64,000 nucleotides of DNA from assembly GCA_963663035.1 (NCBI GenBank), contig OY760074.1, positions 640,001 through 704,000 on the forward strand, written 5' to 3'. The first letter of the stretch is position 1, and each line of letters starts with the position of its first letter. Made by a program: the position numbers and the translations under genes. The stretch is from Acidobacteriota bacterium. GTDB taxonomy: Bacteria > Acidobacteriota > UBA6911 > RPQK01 > JADFOI01. The notes beneath the pieces are model-generated. The model was given only the letters and a program-made list of their open reading frames with translations, was not told where the DNA came from and ran no database searches. This document shows, in pieces, positions 47,886 to 57,966 of this stretch.

Positions 47886-50089
47886 GAATCGATCCCAATG
47901 ATCCGAGATTAACCGCCTACGCCTTAGGTGAGCTGGAGAACGAGGACGATCGTCTTGAGATAGAAAAGGCTGTGCAGCAGTCTGAAGAGCTCACCCTGGT
48001 GGTAGCGCAGATTCGTCAAACGGCTGATTTGGTGGTGGAAGAGCTGCAAAAGGAGCCTTCTCCCGGTCTTTCCAGAGAGCATCAGCAGAGAATTGAAAGC
48101 AAACTGGGAGCGCCATCTGGCTCTTTCTCTTTTCAGAGCAAGTGGGTAAAGATCGGTGGGCTCTCGGCCGCTGCCGGTCTGATCCTTGCCGCTATTCTGA
48201 CTCCGAACATGCTTCAATCTCGTTCTGGTCCTGCCACCATGGCTGAGCTTCGCCGCCCAGAGGTGGATTCCGTTGCCTCACAGTCGCGCGACCAGGATCA
48301 GCTACAGGCTCAGGAGCCCGCACTGGGTGTGAGCCGATACCAAGCTGCCTTGCCCGAGGAGGCAAGTCCCGAGGTTGAAAACGAAGCCTCGGATTTGGCC
48401 CGGCTAGAGGAGGCACCAGCCCCCATGAGTGAGCCGAACAAGGTGGCCGAGCCTGAATCCCAGCCTGCTTCAACTGTTTCAGGTGCCTCCCCTACCGTGG
48501 CTGTGGGAGGAGAGCTCGAGAATCTTGCCCAGTCCGAAGAGTCCGCTGAAGGCAATAGGGGTCGGGCAGAAATGCACTATAGTTCCGAGCAGGATGCCGG
48601 CTCGTACTTTTCTTCTTCTGCAAGGTCCCTGGATGCTCCTTCGCCGGATTTCAACACGGAAGCCTATGACCGGATCGTAGACAGTCGCTTCCTGGAGGTC
48701 TCTGAGAATCCTCTTTCCACATTCTCTATTGATGTGGATACGGCTTCCTATGCCAATATTCGCCGTTTTCTGGTGGGCGGAACGCTTCCCCCAAAAGATG
48801 CGATTCGCATTGAGGAAATGCTGAACTACTTCTCCTATGACTACCCTGTACCATCGGGGCAAGAGCCCTTTTTGGCGAGTGTGGAAGTGGCCGAGACGCC
48901 CTGGGAGCCGGAGCACCGATTGGTCCGCATCGGGCTCAAGGGCAAAGAGATCGAACTCGAAGAGCGACCCTCCAGCAACCTGGTTTTTCTGCTGGACGTC
49001 TCCGGATCGATGCAGCCCTCAAACAAGCTTCCGCTGCTCAAGAAGGCGATGCGATTGTTAGTGGAAAGACTGAGTGAGAATGACCGGGTCGCCATTGTGG
49101 TTTATGCGGGTGCCTCGGGACTGGTTCTGCCCTCCACTTCCTGTGACCAGAAGGAGAAAATCCTGGCGGCGCTGGAAAATCTGGAGGCCGGGGGCTCCAC
49201 CAATGGAGGATCCGGAATTCGGCTTGCCTATCAAACAGCTGTATCCAGCTTCATCTCAGGAGGGCTCAACAGAGTGATCCTGGCCACTGACGGGGACTTC
49301 AATGTGGGCACCACCAATCAGGGAGATTTAACCCGGCTCATTGAAGAAAATGCCAGGAGTGGGGTCTTTCTCAGCGTGCTGGGCTTTGGAATGGGCAACT
49401 ACCAGGACTCGACCCTGGAAAAACTGGCAGATATGGGTAACGGAAATTACGCCTACATCGACGATATCAACGAAGTCCGCAAGGTCCTGGTGGATCAGAT
49501 CAACTCGACTCTGGTCACCATCGCAAAGGATGTCAAGATCCAGATCGAGTTCAATCCGCTCCAGGTCAGTGCTTACCGGTTGATCGGCTATGAAAATCGG
49601 CTCCTCAGCAAAGAAGATTTCAATGACGACACCAAGGACGCTGGTGAGATCGGTGCCGGCCATACCGTCACCGCTCTCTATGAAATCGTACCCGCCGGAA
49701 AGGGCATCCAGGTTCCAGGCGTCGACCCGCTGAGGTATCAAGCGGCCATCCAGACCACTCAGCTGGCTGAAAGCGGCGAGCTTCTGACGCTAAAACTGCG
49801 CTACAAGCAGCCCGATGGACAGACCAGTCAGCTCTTGGAGTTTCCAGTCCGAGACAGCGGCAAGGTCTACAGCCAGGCTTCTCAGGACTTCAAGTTCGCA
49901 GCTGCAGTCGCTTCCTTTGGCATGATTCTTCGCGAATCTCCCTACAGAGGCAATGCCACATTGAGCGGGGTCCTGGAGTTAGCGGAAGAAGGCAAAGGGA
50001 GCGACCCGCATGGCTATCGTGGGCAGTTCCTGGAGCTGGTGAACAAGGCCCGAGCATTGGCTGGCCCTGACTCAAGGCCCGAGCAGTAA
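47882..50089 (+). CDS. Membrane-anchored anti-sigma-like N-terminus fused to a YfbK-type vWA domain
   Basis: N-terminal LTAYALGELE, a TM helix, PLSTFSIDVDTASY, MIDAS DVSGS, LATDGDFNVG, LIGYENR and DAGEIGAGH. ATGA coupling to the sigma gene. Confidence 0.88.
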   Translation: MRIDPNDPRLTAYALGELENEDDRLEIEKAVQQSEELTLVVAQIRQTADLVVEELQKEPSPGLSREHQQRIESKLGAPSGSFSFQSKWVKIGGLSAAAGLILAAILTPNMLQSRSGPATMAELRRPEVDSVASQSRDQDQLQAQEPALGVSRYQAALPEEASPEVENEASDLARLEEAPAPMSEPNKVAEPESQPASTVSGASPTVAVGGELENLAQSEESAEGNRGRAEMHYSSEQDAGSYFSSSARSLDAPSPDFNTEAYDRIVDSRFLEVSENPLSTFSIDVDTASYANIRRFLVGGTLPPKDAIRIEEMLNYFSYDYPVPSGQEPFLASVEVAETPWEPEHRLVRIGLKGKEIELEERPSSNLVFLLDVSGSMQPSNKLPLLKKAMRLLVERLSENDRVAIVVYAGASGLVLPSTSCDQKEKILAALENLEAGGSTNGGSGIRLAYQTAVSSFISGGLNRVILATDGDFNVGTTNQGDLTRLIEENARSGVFLSVLGFGMGNYQDSTLEKLADMGNGNYAYIDDINEVRKVLVDQINSTLVTIAKDVKIQIEFNPLQVSAYRLIGYENRLLSKEDFNDDTKDAGEIGAGHTVTALYEIVPAGKGIQVPGVDPLRYQAAIQTTQLAESGELLTLKLRYKQPDGQTSQLLEFPVRDSGKVYSQASQDFKFAAAVASFGMILRESPYRGNATLSGVLELAEEGKGSDPHGYRGQFLELVNKARALAGPDSRPEQ

Positions 50090-50153
50090 CCGCCCATAGC
50101 AACTACCTTCTCCTTCAGGAGTCTAAGGAAGAGAATGATTATGAAGAAACTAG

Positions 50154-51792
50154 CCCGGATTATTCATAAATTCTGAAGAAGGGGTCTGATCGAGGGCACA
50201 AAAAGATGCCGTACCTCTTTGATATAAAAGGGTTTATGAAACAACTCCAAACCAAAAAGGTACGGCCCAGCGATGCATCAGTCTGCCAGATCAACTTGCC
50301 ATCTCACCCTGACAGAAAAGTGGTGGCTCGATTCGATGGAGGCCGGCTCTCCTCCGATGCCGGGCTGCTGTGTCTGTACGCCCTGGATCAACAGCACGGA
50401 CTGACGGCTGGCTTTGCCTCCTGCCTGAAGGACGCTCGAGATAGCCGCTACGTCCGCCACCAGATTCGCGAACTGCTCACCCAGCGCAGCTTTCAGATCG
50501 TGGCCGGCTATGAGGACTGCAACGATGCCGACAGCTTGCGCTCGGATCCCATCTTCAAGACCGTGTGTGATCGGCTGCCGGAAAGCGATCCGGATCTGGC
50601 TTCTCAACCCACGCTGTCGCGACTGGAGAACTCGGTGGACTCGAAGGATCTCACTCGCCTGGGACAGTGGCTGCTGGAGACCTACTTGAAGCACCGCAAG
50701 AAGAGCCGGCCCGAGAAGATCATCCTGGACATCGACAGCACGGATGACGTCACGCATGGGCAGCAGGAGTTCAGCTTTTACCACGGCTATTATCGCGAGC
50801 ACATGTATCATCCGCTGTTGCTATTCGATGGCGAGACGGGCGATCTGGTATGTGCGCTACTGCGGCCCGGCAACCAGGGGGCGGCCGCCCACGCGGTGGC
50901 GGTTCTCAAACGGGTGGTGGCCCGGATGCGCCAGGTTCTGGGATCCGATGTTCCGATCGAAGTGCGAGCCGACAGTGGCTTTGCGACGCCGGCACTGTAC
51001 GAGTTCTGTGAGGAGGAAAAACTGCAGTATGTGGTGGGCTTTGCCCGCAACTCCCGGCTGGCGGCCACCGTCGAGCCCTTGGTTGAGCAGGTGCAAGCAG
51101 ACTATGACGACTCAGGAGAAAAGCAACGCCAGTTCACCGAGCTCGTCTATCAGGCCGACAGTTGGGACCGGGAGCGGCGCATGGTGGCCAAGGTGGAAGT
51201 GAGCGAGCGCGGGTTCAACCGTCGCTTTGTGGTCACCAACCGCCAGGATCTCACGGCCGGGCAGCTGTATGACCACTACATCGGACGGGGCCAGTGCGAG
51301 AACTTCGTGAAAGCTTTCAAAAAAGATCTGGCCATGGATCGCTTGAGCTGCCACCGTTTCCTGGCCAACCAGTTCCGACTCTTCATCCACGCCCTGGCCT
51401 ATGTCTTAATCCTGCGCCTGCGGGATTACCTGTGCGGGACTCCCTGGCACAACCTGGAGATTGAGACGCTCCGCCGCCGCCTGTTCAAAATCGGTGCCCG
51501 GGTTCGGGAAACTTCTCGTCGCATCTGGGTGCACCTGGCATCGTCTTATCCCGAACAAAAGCTCTTCGCATTACTGATGCACCGTCTGTGTCCCACCTGA
51601 CGGTCCCCTGACTCCCTGCGCCAACACAGATATACAGCCCCCTGCGGGCCGAGCTGTTTCCGGAAGGGGCTCTCGCTTCATCTCTATTCGGCTCAACAAG
51701 CTTGGACGCCTTGTAATCGCACCTGAACACACTCTCAGCCCTGAACTTCCGCAGAAAATCGACACTCACCCCAAACTTATGAATAATTGCGG
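50154..51792 (+). mobile_element. IS1380-family insertion sequence (1639 bp) with CTAG flanks
   Basis: TIR CCCGGATTATTCATAA / TTATGAATAATTGCGG; CTAG at 50150-50153 and 51793-51796; single transposase ORF. Confidence 0.92.
50206..51600 (+). CDS. IS1380-family DDE transposase
   Basis: FDGGRLSSDAGL, GYEDCND, LASQPTLSRLEN, LDIDSTDD..HGQQE, LRPGN, RADSGF, Y..RG..EN..K and ANQFRL. Confidence 0.93.
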   Translation: MPYLFDIKGFMKQLQTKKVRPSDASVCQINLPSHPDRKVVARFDGGRLSSDAGLLCLYALDQQHGLTAGFASCLKDARDSRYVRHQIRELLTQRSFQIVAGYEDCNDADSLRSDPIFKTVCDRLPESDPDLASQPTLSRLENSVDSKDLTRLGQWLLETYLKHRKKSRPEKIILDIDSTDDVTHGQQEFSFYHGYYREHMYHPLLLFDGETGDLVCALLRPGNQGAAAHAVAVLKRVVARMRQVLGSDVPIEVRADSGFATPALYEFCEEEKLQYVVGFARNSRLAATVEPLVEQVQADYDDSGEKQRQFTELVYQADSWDRERRMVAKVEVSERGFNRRFVVTNRQDLTAGQLYDHYIGRGQCENFVKAFKKDLAMDRLSCHRFLANQFRLFIHALAYVLILRLRDYLCGTPWHNLEIETLRRRLFKIGARVRETSRRIWVHLASSYPEQKLFALLMHRLCPT

Positions 51793-54700
51793 CTAGCCGT
51801 CTCGAACATCTTTCTTCCCGACTCTGAAGTTCAGTTCCACCTGGGTTGGCGCAATGTGAGGCAGGTCGATTACACTCTCTACAAGGTAAATCTCACTGAC
51901 CATATTCGTTTCCAAGCGGAGGGTAGAGGGTGGCTGGATGCCATCACTGCACCCCGACAGGCGCTCACCCGGTCCTGGTCCTATCAGACTGAAGATAGCG
52001 GGAACCACAAACCGGGGAACAGGTCATTGGAGGTGGAAGAGAAACTGCCGGTGGGTGCCTACTTGCTGGTTGCCTCCGCCAACGGGAAGACGGCCAGGGA
52101 GGTGATTCTGGTCACCGATACTTCTCTGGTTCTGAAAACGCAGGGCACACAAGCCCTGGTCTATTACTGCAACGCTCTGGACGGATCACCCATCGCCAGG
52201 GCAAGGGTCCATCTCTGGCAATACTCCAGCCAGAGGGAGATCTGGCAAAGCTGGGAGATGACAACCAATGCAGAGGGGATCGCCGTTTTCGATCTGGCTG
52301 AAACCTCAGCCGGATGGCAGGCCTTCGCTTTCGCCGCCTTGGGTGACCGTCAGGCTTTCAGTGTTGGCCACACTCCCTACTACTCCAGTGATCAGCAATG
52401 GCGTATCTACGCCTTTACCGACCGGCCGGCCTACCGGCCCGGGGAGACGATGGACTGGAAGATGGTGGCCCGCCGCGAAAAGGACTTTCGCCTCTCGACC
52501 CCTTCTCAAGAGGTCGTTGAATTCCAAATCAACGATCCCCAGGGGGCAGAGGTGCAAAAGTCGACGATCACTCTCAATGCTTTCGGCAGTGCCTGGGGGT
52601 CGCTTGAATTGACCGAAGCGATGCCTCTTGGGGAATACAACATTCAATTTTGGGAAGAGGGCAGAGGGAAGTGGATCGGCAGTGCCAAGCTGTTTCGCCT
52701 GGAAGAATACAAGTTACCCGAATTTCAGGTCAGCATTGAGACGCCGGAAGAGAATGGCAAAAAGAGAGTCTTTCGCTTGGGAGAGACGGTAGAAGTCGCT
52801 CTCCAGGTGGACTACTATTTTGGATCCCCGGTGGCCCAGGCTGAGGTGGAAGTCCTGATTTATCAGAGACCCTTTTACCAGCAGTGGCGACCCCAGCGAG
52901 AGTACCCCTGGTTCTATGGCGAATCCTCACTGGCTGGGGGCTACTATGGCGGTGGGAGAGGACAAGTTATTCGCCGTGAGCAGATCCAAACGGATGTTGA
53001 TGGCAGGGCATTGCTCTCCTTTGAAACCCCCACCAATAGTAATCAGAATCAGGAATATGAAATCGAGGCTCGTGTCCGGGACTCCTCCCGTCGTGAGGTC
53101 ATGGGGAGAGGCACGGTGCGGGTCACCCGCCAAGCCTACTTCGCCTATTTGCACCCGCTCCACAGTCTCTACCGTCCTCAGGACACTGTTGAGGTCGATA
53201 TCAAGTCCCTGGATGCCAATAATCAGCCGGTCCAGGCCCAGGGTTCCGTCCAAGTACAGCGCAGCTTCTGGGAGGAGATATGGATTGACCCGAATGGGCG
53301 CCAGGTGGAAGGAGAGAGACTCAGAAACCTTCAAGCTGAGTTGGCTGTCTTTCCGCCGCCGGTTTCCTCTGGCCAAGGCTGGCAACTCAAGCATCGGGGC
53401 TATGAATACGAAGATATCCTGACACGAACGGTGAGCACCGACCCGCAGGGAGAGGCCCAACTCCGTTTCTCTCCCCAACAGGAAGGGTACTACCGGATCT
53501 TGTGGACGAGCGACGAAAGATCTAACGGTTCCATACGTGCCGAGACCAGTGTATGGGTGGCAACCGGTGGAACGACGGAACTGGGATACCGTCACGGGGG
53601 ATTGGAGATTATTCTGGACAAGGATACTTTCCGCGTCGGCCAGAGCGCTCCCGTGATGCTGACCAGTTCAACCAGCAACCGATACGTCCTCTTTAGTCTG
53701 GAGGCGGAAGATCTCTACAGCTACCAGCTGGTCCATGTGAGCGGGACGGCCAAGCTCATTGAAGTGCCCATTGAGGAGGAACATGTCCCCAACCTCTTTC
53801 TCAGCGCCGTGATGGTCAGTGATCGACAGATTTTCATGGACATCAAGGAGGTCATCGTTCCTCCGGTGGAACACTTTCTCCAGGTGAGCGTCCAGACAGA
53901 CAGGGAGGAGTATGGGCCGCGCCAGCCGGGACGGATCACCATCACAACGACCGACAGCCAGGGCAATCCTGTATCGACGGAAGTGGCTGTTGGAACAGTG
54001 GATGAATCCGTTTACGCCATCCAGGGCGAGTATGCTTCCGATCCTCGCCAGTTCTTCTATGGCAGAAAGCACCAGCGCCTGGTTCAGACCACCAGTTCCT
54101 TTCAACAAAAGAGTTATTTGCGCCTGGTGAAGGGACCCGAGGACGGGCTCATTGACGAAAGAGCGGAAGGGAACCGAGATGACGCGCCTGCAGGTGATGT
54201 TGCGGGAGGTTTTAGAGGCGGTGTGATGAGGAATCGTCTTCAAGCGGAAAGTTCTATGGACTTCGCCGAAAATTCTGTTGGAATGGAAGCGCCGATGGCG
54301 AGCAAGTCCATGGCAGCTCCCTCGGAGGCCTTAGCTCAAGGGCAGAGTGGGGACAGCTCTAACGTACAAGTCCGGAGCGACTTTCGGGCCACGGCCTTGT
54401 GGCGATCCCATCTTCTGACCGGTCCCGACGGCAAGGTCGAGGTGAACATGAAGTTTCCCGACTCCTTGACCAGCTGGCGCACCACGGTGCGTGCTGTTGG
54501 GCGGGACAGCACTTTTGGTTTGGCCACAACCGAAGTCCGGACCAACCAGCCGCTGATTGCGCGTCTACAGGCCCCTCGCTTCTTTGTGGTGGGCGATCAG
54601 GTCACCCTTTCGGCCGTGATCCATAACAATACCAAAGAGCCTCTGGAGACCCGGACCCGCCTGGAGGCGGAGGGACTTCAGATCCTGGGTCTGCTGCGTG

Positions 54701-56709
54701 ACGGCCGGATCGTCGAGGACCAGACCGCTTCCCTTCGGGTGGAAGCCGGAGGCCAGGAGCGACTGAACTGGATTGCTTCGGTTCGGGAGGCAGGCGAGGC
54801 CCGGCTCAGTGTGGTGGCGCGCGCTGACCAATATGCCGATGCCATGGAGAAAACCTATCTTGTGCACGAACATGGGATTGAGAAGTTCCTGTCACGAGCC
54901 GGTAAAATGCGCTCACAGGACTTGACCGTCCATCTGAGCCTCCCCGACCAGCGCAAGACAGAAACAACCTCTGTGAGCGTTCAATTGACACCCAGTCTGG
55001 CTGTGACCATGCTCGATGCTCTTCCCTATTTGATCGACTACCCGTATGGGTGCACCGAGCAGACCATGAGCCGCTTTCTGCCCGCTGCCATTACCGCCCG
55101 GACCTTACAGAATCTGGGGCTGGAACGCGATGCTATTCTCAACAGAAGCTTCGGTGGAATCGTCCAGGAGCACGCCTCCGAAACTCATCCTGGGGGTGCC
55201 AGAAACCTCCTGGAATTGGACGATATGATCCAACAGGGTCTCACACGACTCTACGACTTCCAGCACCCGGATGGAGGCTGGGGCTGGTGGAAAGAGGGCG
55301 ACACCGATCACTTCATGACCGCTTATGTGGTCTGGGGGTTGTCGTTGGGTCAGGAGGCCGGAATTGAGGTCAGATCCGATGTGCTCAGCCGTGGGGTGGA
55401 GTACCTGGACAAGGAGATCGTGGAAGCCGAAACCCAGTCTGACCTGCAAGCCTGGATGTTGCACGCCCTGTCCACCTCTCATCAAATCATGCAAACAGGC
55501 AGACCAAGCCCCTTTCAAGTCAGAGCCTTCGACAATCTCTGGAACAAACGGGATGGTCTCAACGCCTACACGCGTGCGTTGCTGGCGCTGAGTGCTCACC
55601 ATTACGGCTATCAGGAGCGGGCCCTGATTTTGGTTCGGAATCTCGAAAATGGAGTGAAAATCGACGACTCTCCGGAGAGTTCGGTGCTGATACCCCAGCA
55701 AGGACAGGCAGGGGAAGAAAGCCTTTCCACCGCCCACTGGGGAGAAGATGGGATCTTCTGGCGCTGGTCTGAAGGGGGCGTGGAAGCAACCGCCTTTGCG
55801 TTGAAGGCCCTGCTGAAGATTGACCCGGCAAACAAGCTGATCGAGCCGGTGACCCATTGGCTCATCAAGAACCGCCGCGGAGCCCAGTGGACGAATACTC
55901 GGGATACCGCCATCGTGATTCTAGCCATGAATGACTACCTGCGCGAGAGCGGGGAGTTAGAGGCCGAGGTGGAGTACGAAGTGCTTGTCAATGACCAGCT
56001 TGTGGCCAGCAGAAGAGTAACACCCGAGAATGTTCTCAGTGCTCCCAGCCGATTCACCATTGATCCGGAGTTCATTCACAGCGGAGACAACGAAATTCGC
56101 ATCCTGAAGACATCCGGGCAGTCCCCCCTCTACTTTGCCGTACAGGCCCAGTTTTTTAGTCTCGAGGAACCCGTGGCAGCGGCAGGCAATGAAATTTTTG
56201 TCGATCGGCGTTACTACAAGCTGGTTCCTCAGCAAACCCTGCTCAACGGCTACATCCACGAAAAACAGCCTCTGGAGGATGGAGAACACGTTGTCAGTGG
56301 GGAACGCGTCGAGGTGGTGATGACCATTGAGGCCAAAAACAACTTCGAGTATCTGGTCTTCGAAGATCTGAAGCCGGCTGGTCTGGAAGCCGTGGCAGTC
56401 AAGAGTGGCGGACCTCTTTATGCGAAGGAACTCAAATCGGGCGCAGTGAAAACCCTCTCTGAGGCCCAGGAGAGGGATGCCTCTGATTACACGGGTCGAA
56501 ATCGCTGGGTCTACCAGGAACTTCGCGATCGCAAGGTGGCGTTTTTTATCGACAAGCTTCCCCAGAGGGTGTGGGAGATTCGCTACCAGCTTCGGGCCGA
56601 GGTTCCGGGTCACTTCCATGCCTTGCCGGTGCTTGGGCATGCCATGTATGTCCCCGAGATTCGGTGCAGTGGCGAGGAAATCCGGATCGATGTGCTTGAC
56701 CAAGAGTGA
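51787..56709 (+). CDS. Alpha-2-macroglobulin family protein; N-terminus cut off by IS1380 (probable pseudogene)
   Basis: FTDRPAYRPGE, EEYKLPEF, VRSDFRATALW, FPDSLTSW, thioester motif YPYGCTEQ, QHPDGGWGWW and MYVPE. The ORF's TTG start lies inside the IS end; the native start is probably ATG 50135/50141. Confidence 0.88.
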   Translation: MRLAVSNIFLPDSEVQFHLGWRNVRQVDYTLYKVNLTDHIRFQAEGRGWLDAITAPRQALTRSWSYQTEDSGNHKPGNRSLEVEEKLPVGAYLLVASANGKTAREVILVTDTSLVLKTQGTQALVYYCNALDGSPIARARVHLWQYSSQREIWQSWEMTTNAEGIAVFDLAETSAGWQAFAFAALGDRQAFSVGHTPYYSSDQQWRIYAFTDRPAYRPGETMDWKMVARREKDFRLSTPSQEVVEFQINDPQGAEVQKSTITLNAFGSAWGSLELTEAMPLGEYNIQFWEEGRGKWIGSAKLFRLEEYKLPEFQVSIETPEENGKKRVFRLGETVEVALQVDYYFGSPVAQAEVEVLIYQRPFYQQWRPQREYPWFYGESSLAGGYYGGGRGQVIRREQIQTDVDGRALLSFETPTNSNQNQEYEIEARVRDSSRREVMGRGTVRVTRQAYFAYLHPLHSLYRPQDTVEVDIKSLDANNQPVQAQGSVQVQRSFWEEIWIDPNGRQVEGERLRNLQAELAVFPPPVSSGQGWQLKHRGYEYEDILTRTVSTDPQGEAQLRFSPQQEGYYRILWTSDERSNGSIRAETSVWVATGGTTELGYRHGGLEIILDKDTFRVGQSAPVMLTSSTSNRYVLFSLEAEDLYSYQLVHVSGTAKLIEVPIEEEHVPNLFLSAVMVSDRQIFMDIKEVIVPPVEHFLQVSVQTDREEYGPRQPGRITITTTDSQGNPVSTEVAVGTVDESVYAIQGEYASDPRQFFYGRKHQRLVQTTSSFQQKSYLRLVKGPEDGLIDERAEGNRDDAPAGDVAGGFRGGVMRNRLQAESSMDFAENSVGMEAPMASKSMAAPSEALAQGQSGDSSNVQVRSDFRATALWRSHLLTGPDGKVEVNMKFPDSLTSWRTTVRAVGRDSTFGLATTEVRTNQPLIARLQAPRFFVVGDQVTLSAVIHNNTKEPLETRTRLEAEGLQILGLLRDGRIVEDQTASLRVEAGGQERLNWIASVREAGEARLSVVARADQYADAMEKTYLVHEHGIEKFLSRAGKMRSQDLTVHLSLPDQRKTETTSVSVQLTPSLAVTMLDALPYLIDYPYGCTEQTMSRFLPAAITARTLQNLGLERDAILNRSFGGIVQEHASETHPGGARNLLELDDMIQQGLTRLYDFQHPDGGWGWWKEGDTDHFMTAYVVWGLSLGQEAGIEVRSDVLSRGVEYLDKEIVEAETQSDLQAWMLHALSTSHQIMQTGRPSPFQVRAFDNLWNKRDGLNAYTRALLALSAHHYGYQERALILVRNLENGVKIDDSPESSVLIPQQGQAGEESLSTAHWGEDGIFWRWSEGGVEATAFALKALLKIDPANKLIEPVTHWLIKNRRGAQWTNTRDTAIVILAMNDYLRESGELEAEVEYEVLVNDQLVASRRVTPENVLSAPSRFTIDPEFIHSGDNEIRILKTSGQSPLYFAVQAQFFSLEEPVAAAGNEIFVDRRYYKLVPQQTLLNGYIHEKQPLEDGEHVVSGERVEVVMTIEAKNNFEYLVFEDLKPAGLEAVAVKSGGPLYAKELKSGAVKTLSEAQERDASDYTGRNRWVYQELRDRKVAFFIDKLPQRVWEIRYQLRAEVPGHFHALPVLGHAMYVPEIRCSGEEIRIDVLDQE

Positions 56710-56815
56710 TAGACATCACCGCAACTGCCTGGAGAAATTGCCACAATACTGATCAAATCTCCGAGCTTTTTGGCTACAGCCTAAAACGTTGATGAAAGGG
56801 TGCATCATGGACAAG

Positions 56816-57075
56816 CCCGAATTATGCATAGGTTCTTGTCACGAAGCGACGAAAGCGCCGGAAAACAGAGCCGTGGGCTTTAGCCCACGGGGCCCGCAGG
56901 CTAAAGCCTGCGGCTCCGACTGGCGCTCGAGGGGTACCCGTCACGGGTCGGCCCCCGCAAACGTACTCTTGAGTACGTTGAGGATGGCCGAGGGGTACCC
57001 GCTTGTGCGGGTCGCGCAACGCTGGCAGGGCGGATGATTTCGTCGCTGCAGTAGAGAATTTATGCATAATCCGGG
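56816..57075. mobile_element. MITE family C, second copy (260 bp) with an extra ~90-bp hairpin module
   Basis: TIR CCCGAATTATGCATA / TATGCATAATCCGGG. The right end matches the IS1380 left end at 20/21 nt. Confidence 0.82.
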
Positions 57076-57096
57076 CTAAAGGGGGTATGGTGTCCT

Positions 57097-57531
57097 ATGA
57101 AAGATAAAAGAGGGTTTAGTTTAGTCGAATTGTTGATAGTGGTTGCGGTCATCGGGATAATCGCTGCCTTCGCTGTTCCCAATCTTGTTCGATCCAAAAG
57201 TGCAGCCCGTGAAGCGGCAGCAATCAGTGCCGTGCGCAGCCTGGTGAACGCTCAAGCGACCTATATCTCAACCAAGAACTCCGGCACTTTTGCCGCCGAC
57301 CTGAGCATACTCGAGGCAACTGGATTGATCGACAGCGTCCTGGCATCAGGAACCATAGATGCTTATTCGCTTTCGGTTTCTGGGGATAACAGTGGATACG
57401 AGATCAATGCCAGACCTCTGGGTTACGGTTCTTCGGCTACTCGTAGTTTCTACAGTGATGAGTCCGGCGTGATCCGCTATAACACAGCCGATGCTGCGGC
57501 AACCGCAGGTAGTCCAGGTTTGGGCCAGTAG
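57097..57531 (+). CDS. Type IV pilin-like protein
   Basis: KRGFSLVELLIVVAVIGIIAAFAVPNL...EAAAISAVR...RSFYSDESGVIRY. Confidence 0.88.
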   Translation: MKDKRGFSLVELLIVVAVIGIIAAFAVPNLVRSKSAAREAAAISAVRSLVNAQATYISTKNSGTFAADLSILEATGLIDSVLASGTIDAYSLSVSGDNSGYEINARPLGYGSSATRSFYSDESGVIRYNTADAAATAGSPGLGQ

Positions 57532-57546
57532 TTAGACAGTAGACAC

Positions 57547-57966
57547 TCAGCTGATTTCAAAGCGACGGGTGTCCGCCTTCGAATTCAGGAAGATCCGAAT
57601 CTTCACGGGATTTTCCGCTTCCAGCAACAACTTCTCCGCCCACTCGATAATGACAATGGAATGGCTGCCAAGGATCTCCTCCAGACCAAGGGAATAGAGA
57701 TCCCGTAGACCTTCAAGCCGGAAGAAATCGAGGTGGTAAATGGTGCCTTCTTTGCCAACATATTGATTGACGAGGGTAAAGGAAGGACTGTGCACCGCAT
57801 TGGGATCCTGTACCCCCAGGCCCTGGGCCAACCCTCGCACAAGAACTGTCTTGCCCGACCCGAGTTCACCGTACAGTAAGATCACCTGAGGTGGATGAAG
57901 CTCTCTGCCAATCTTTTCGCCAATCTGAAGAGTCTCCTGCTCACTGTGGGAGTATTCGATCTCCAT
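57547..57966 (-). CDS. tsaE: tRNA threonylcarbamoyladenosine biosynthesis ATPase TsaE
   Basis: GELGSGKT, VHSPSFTLVNQY, HLDFFRL and IIEWAE. Confidence 0.93.
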   Translation of the reverse strand: MEIEYSHSEQETLQIGEKIGRELHPPQVILLYGELGSGKTVLVRGLAQGLGVQDPNAVHSPSFTLVNQYVGKEGTIYHLDFFRLEGLRDLYSLGLEEILGSHSIVIIEWAEKLLLEAENPVKIRIFLNSKADTRRFEIS

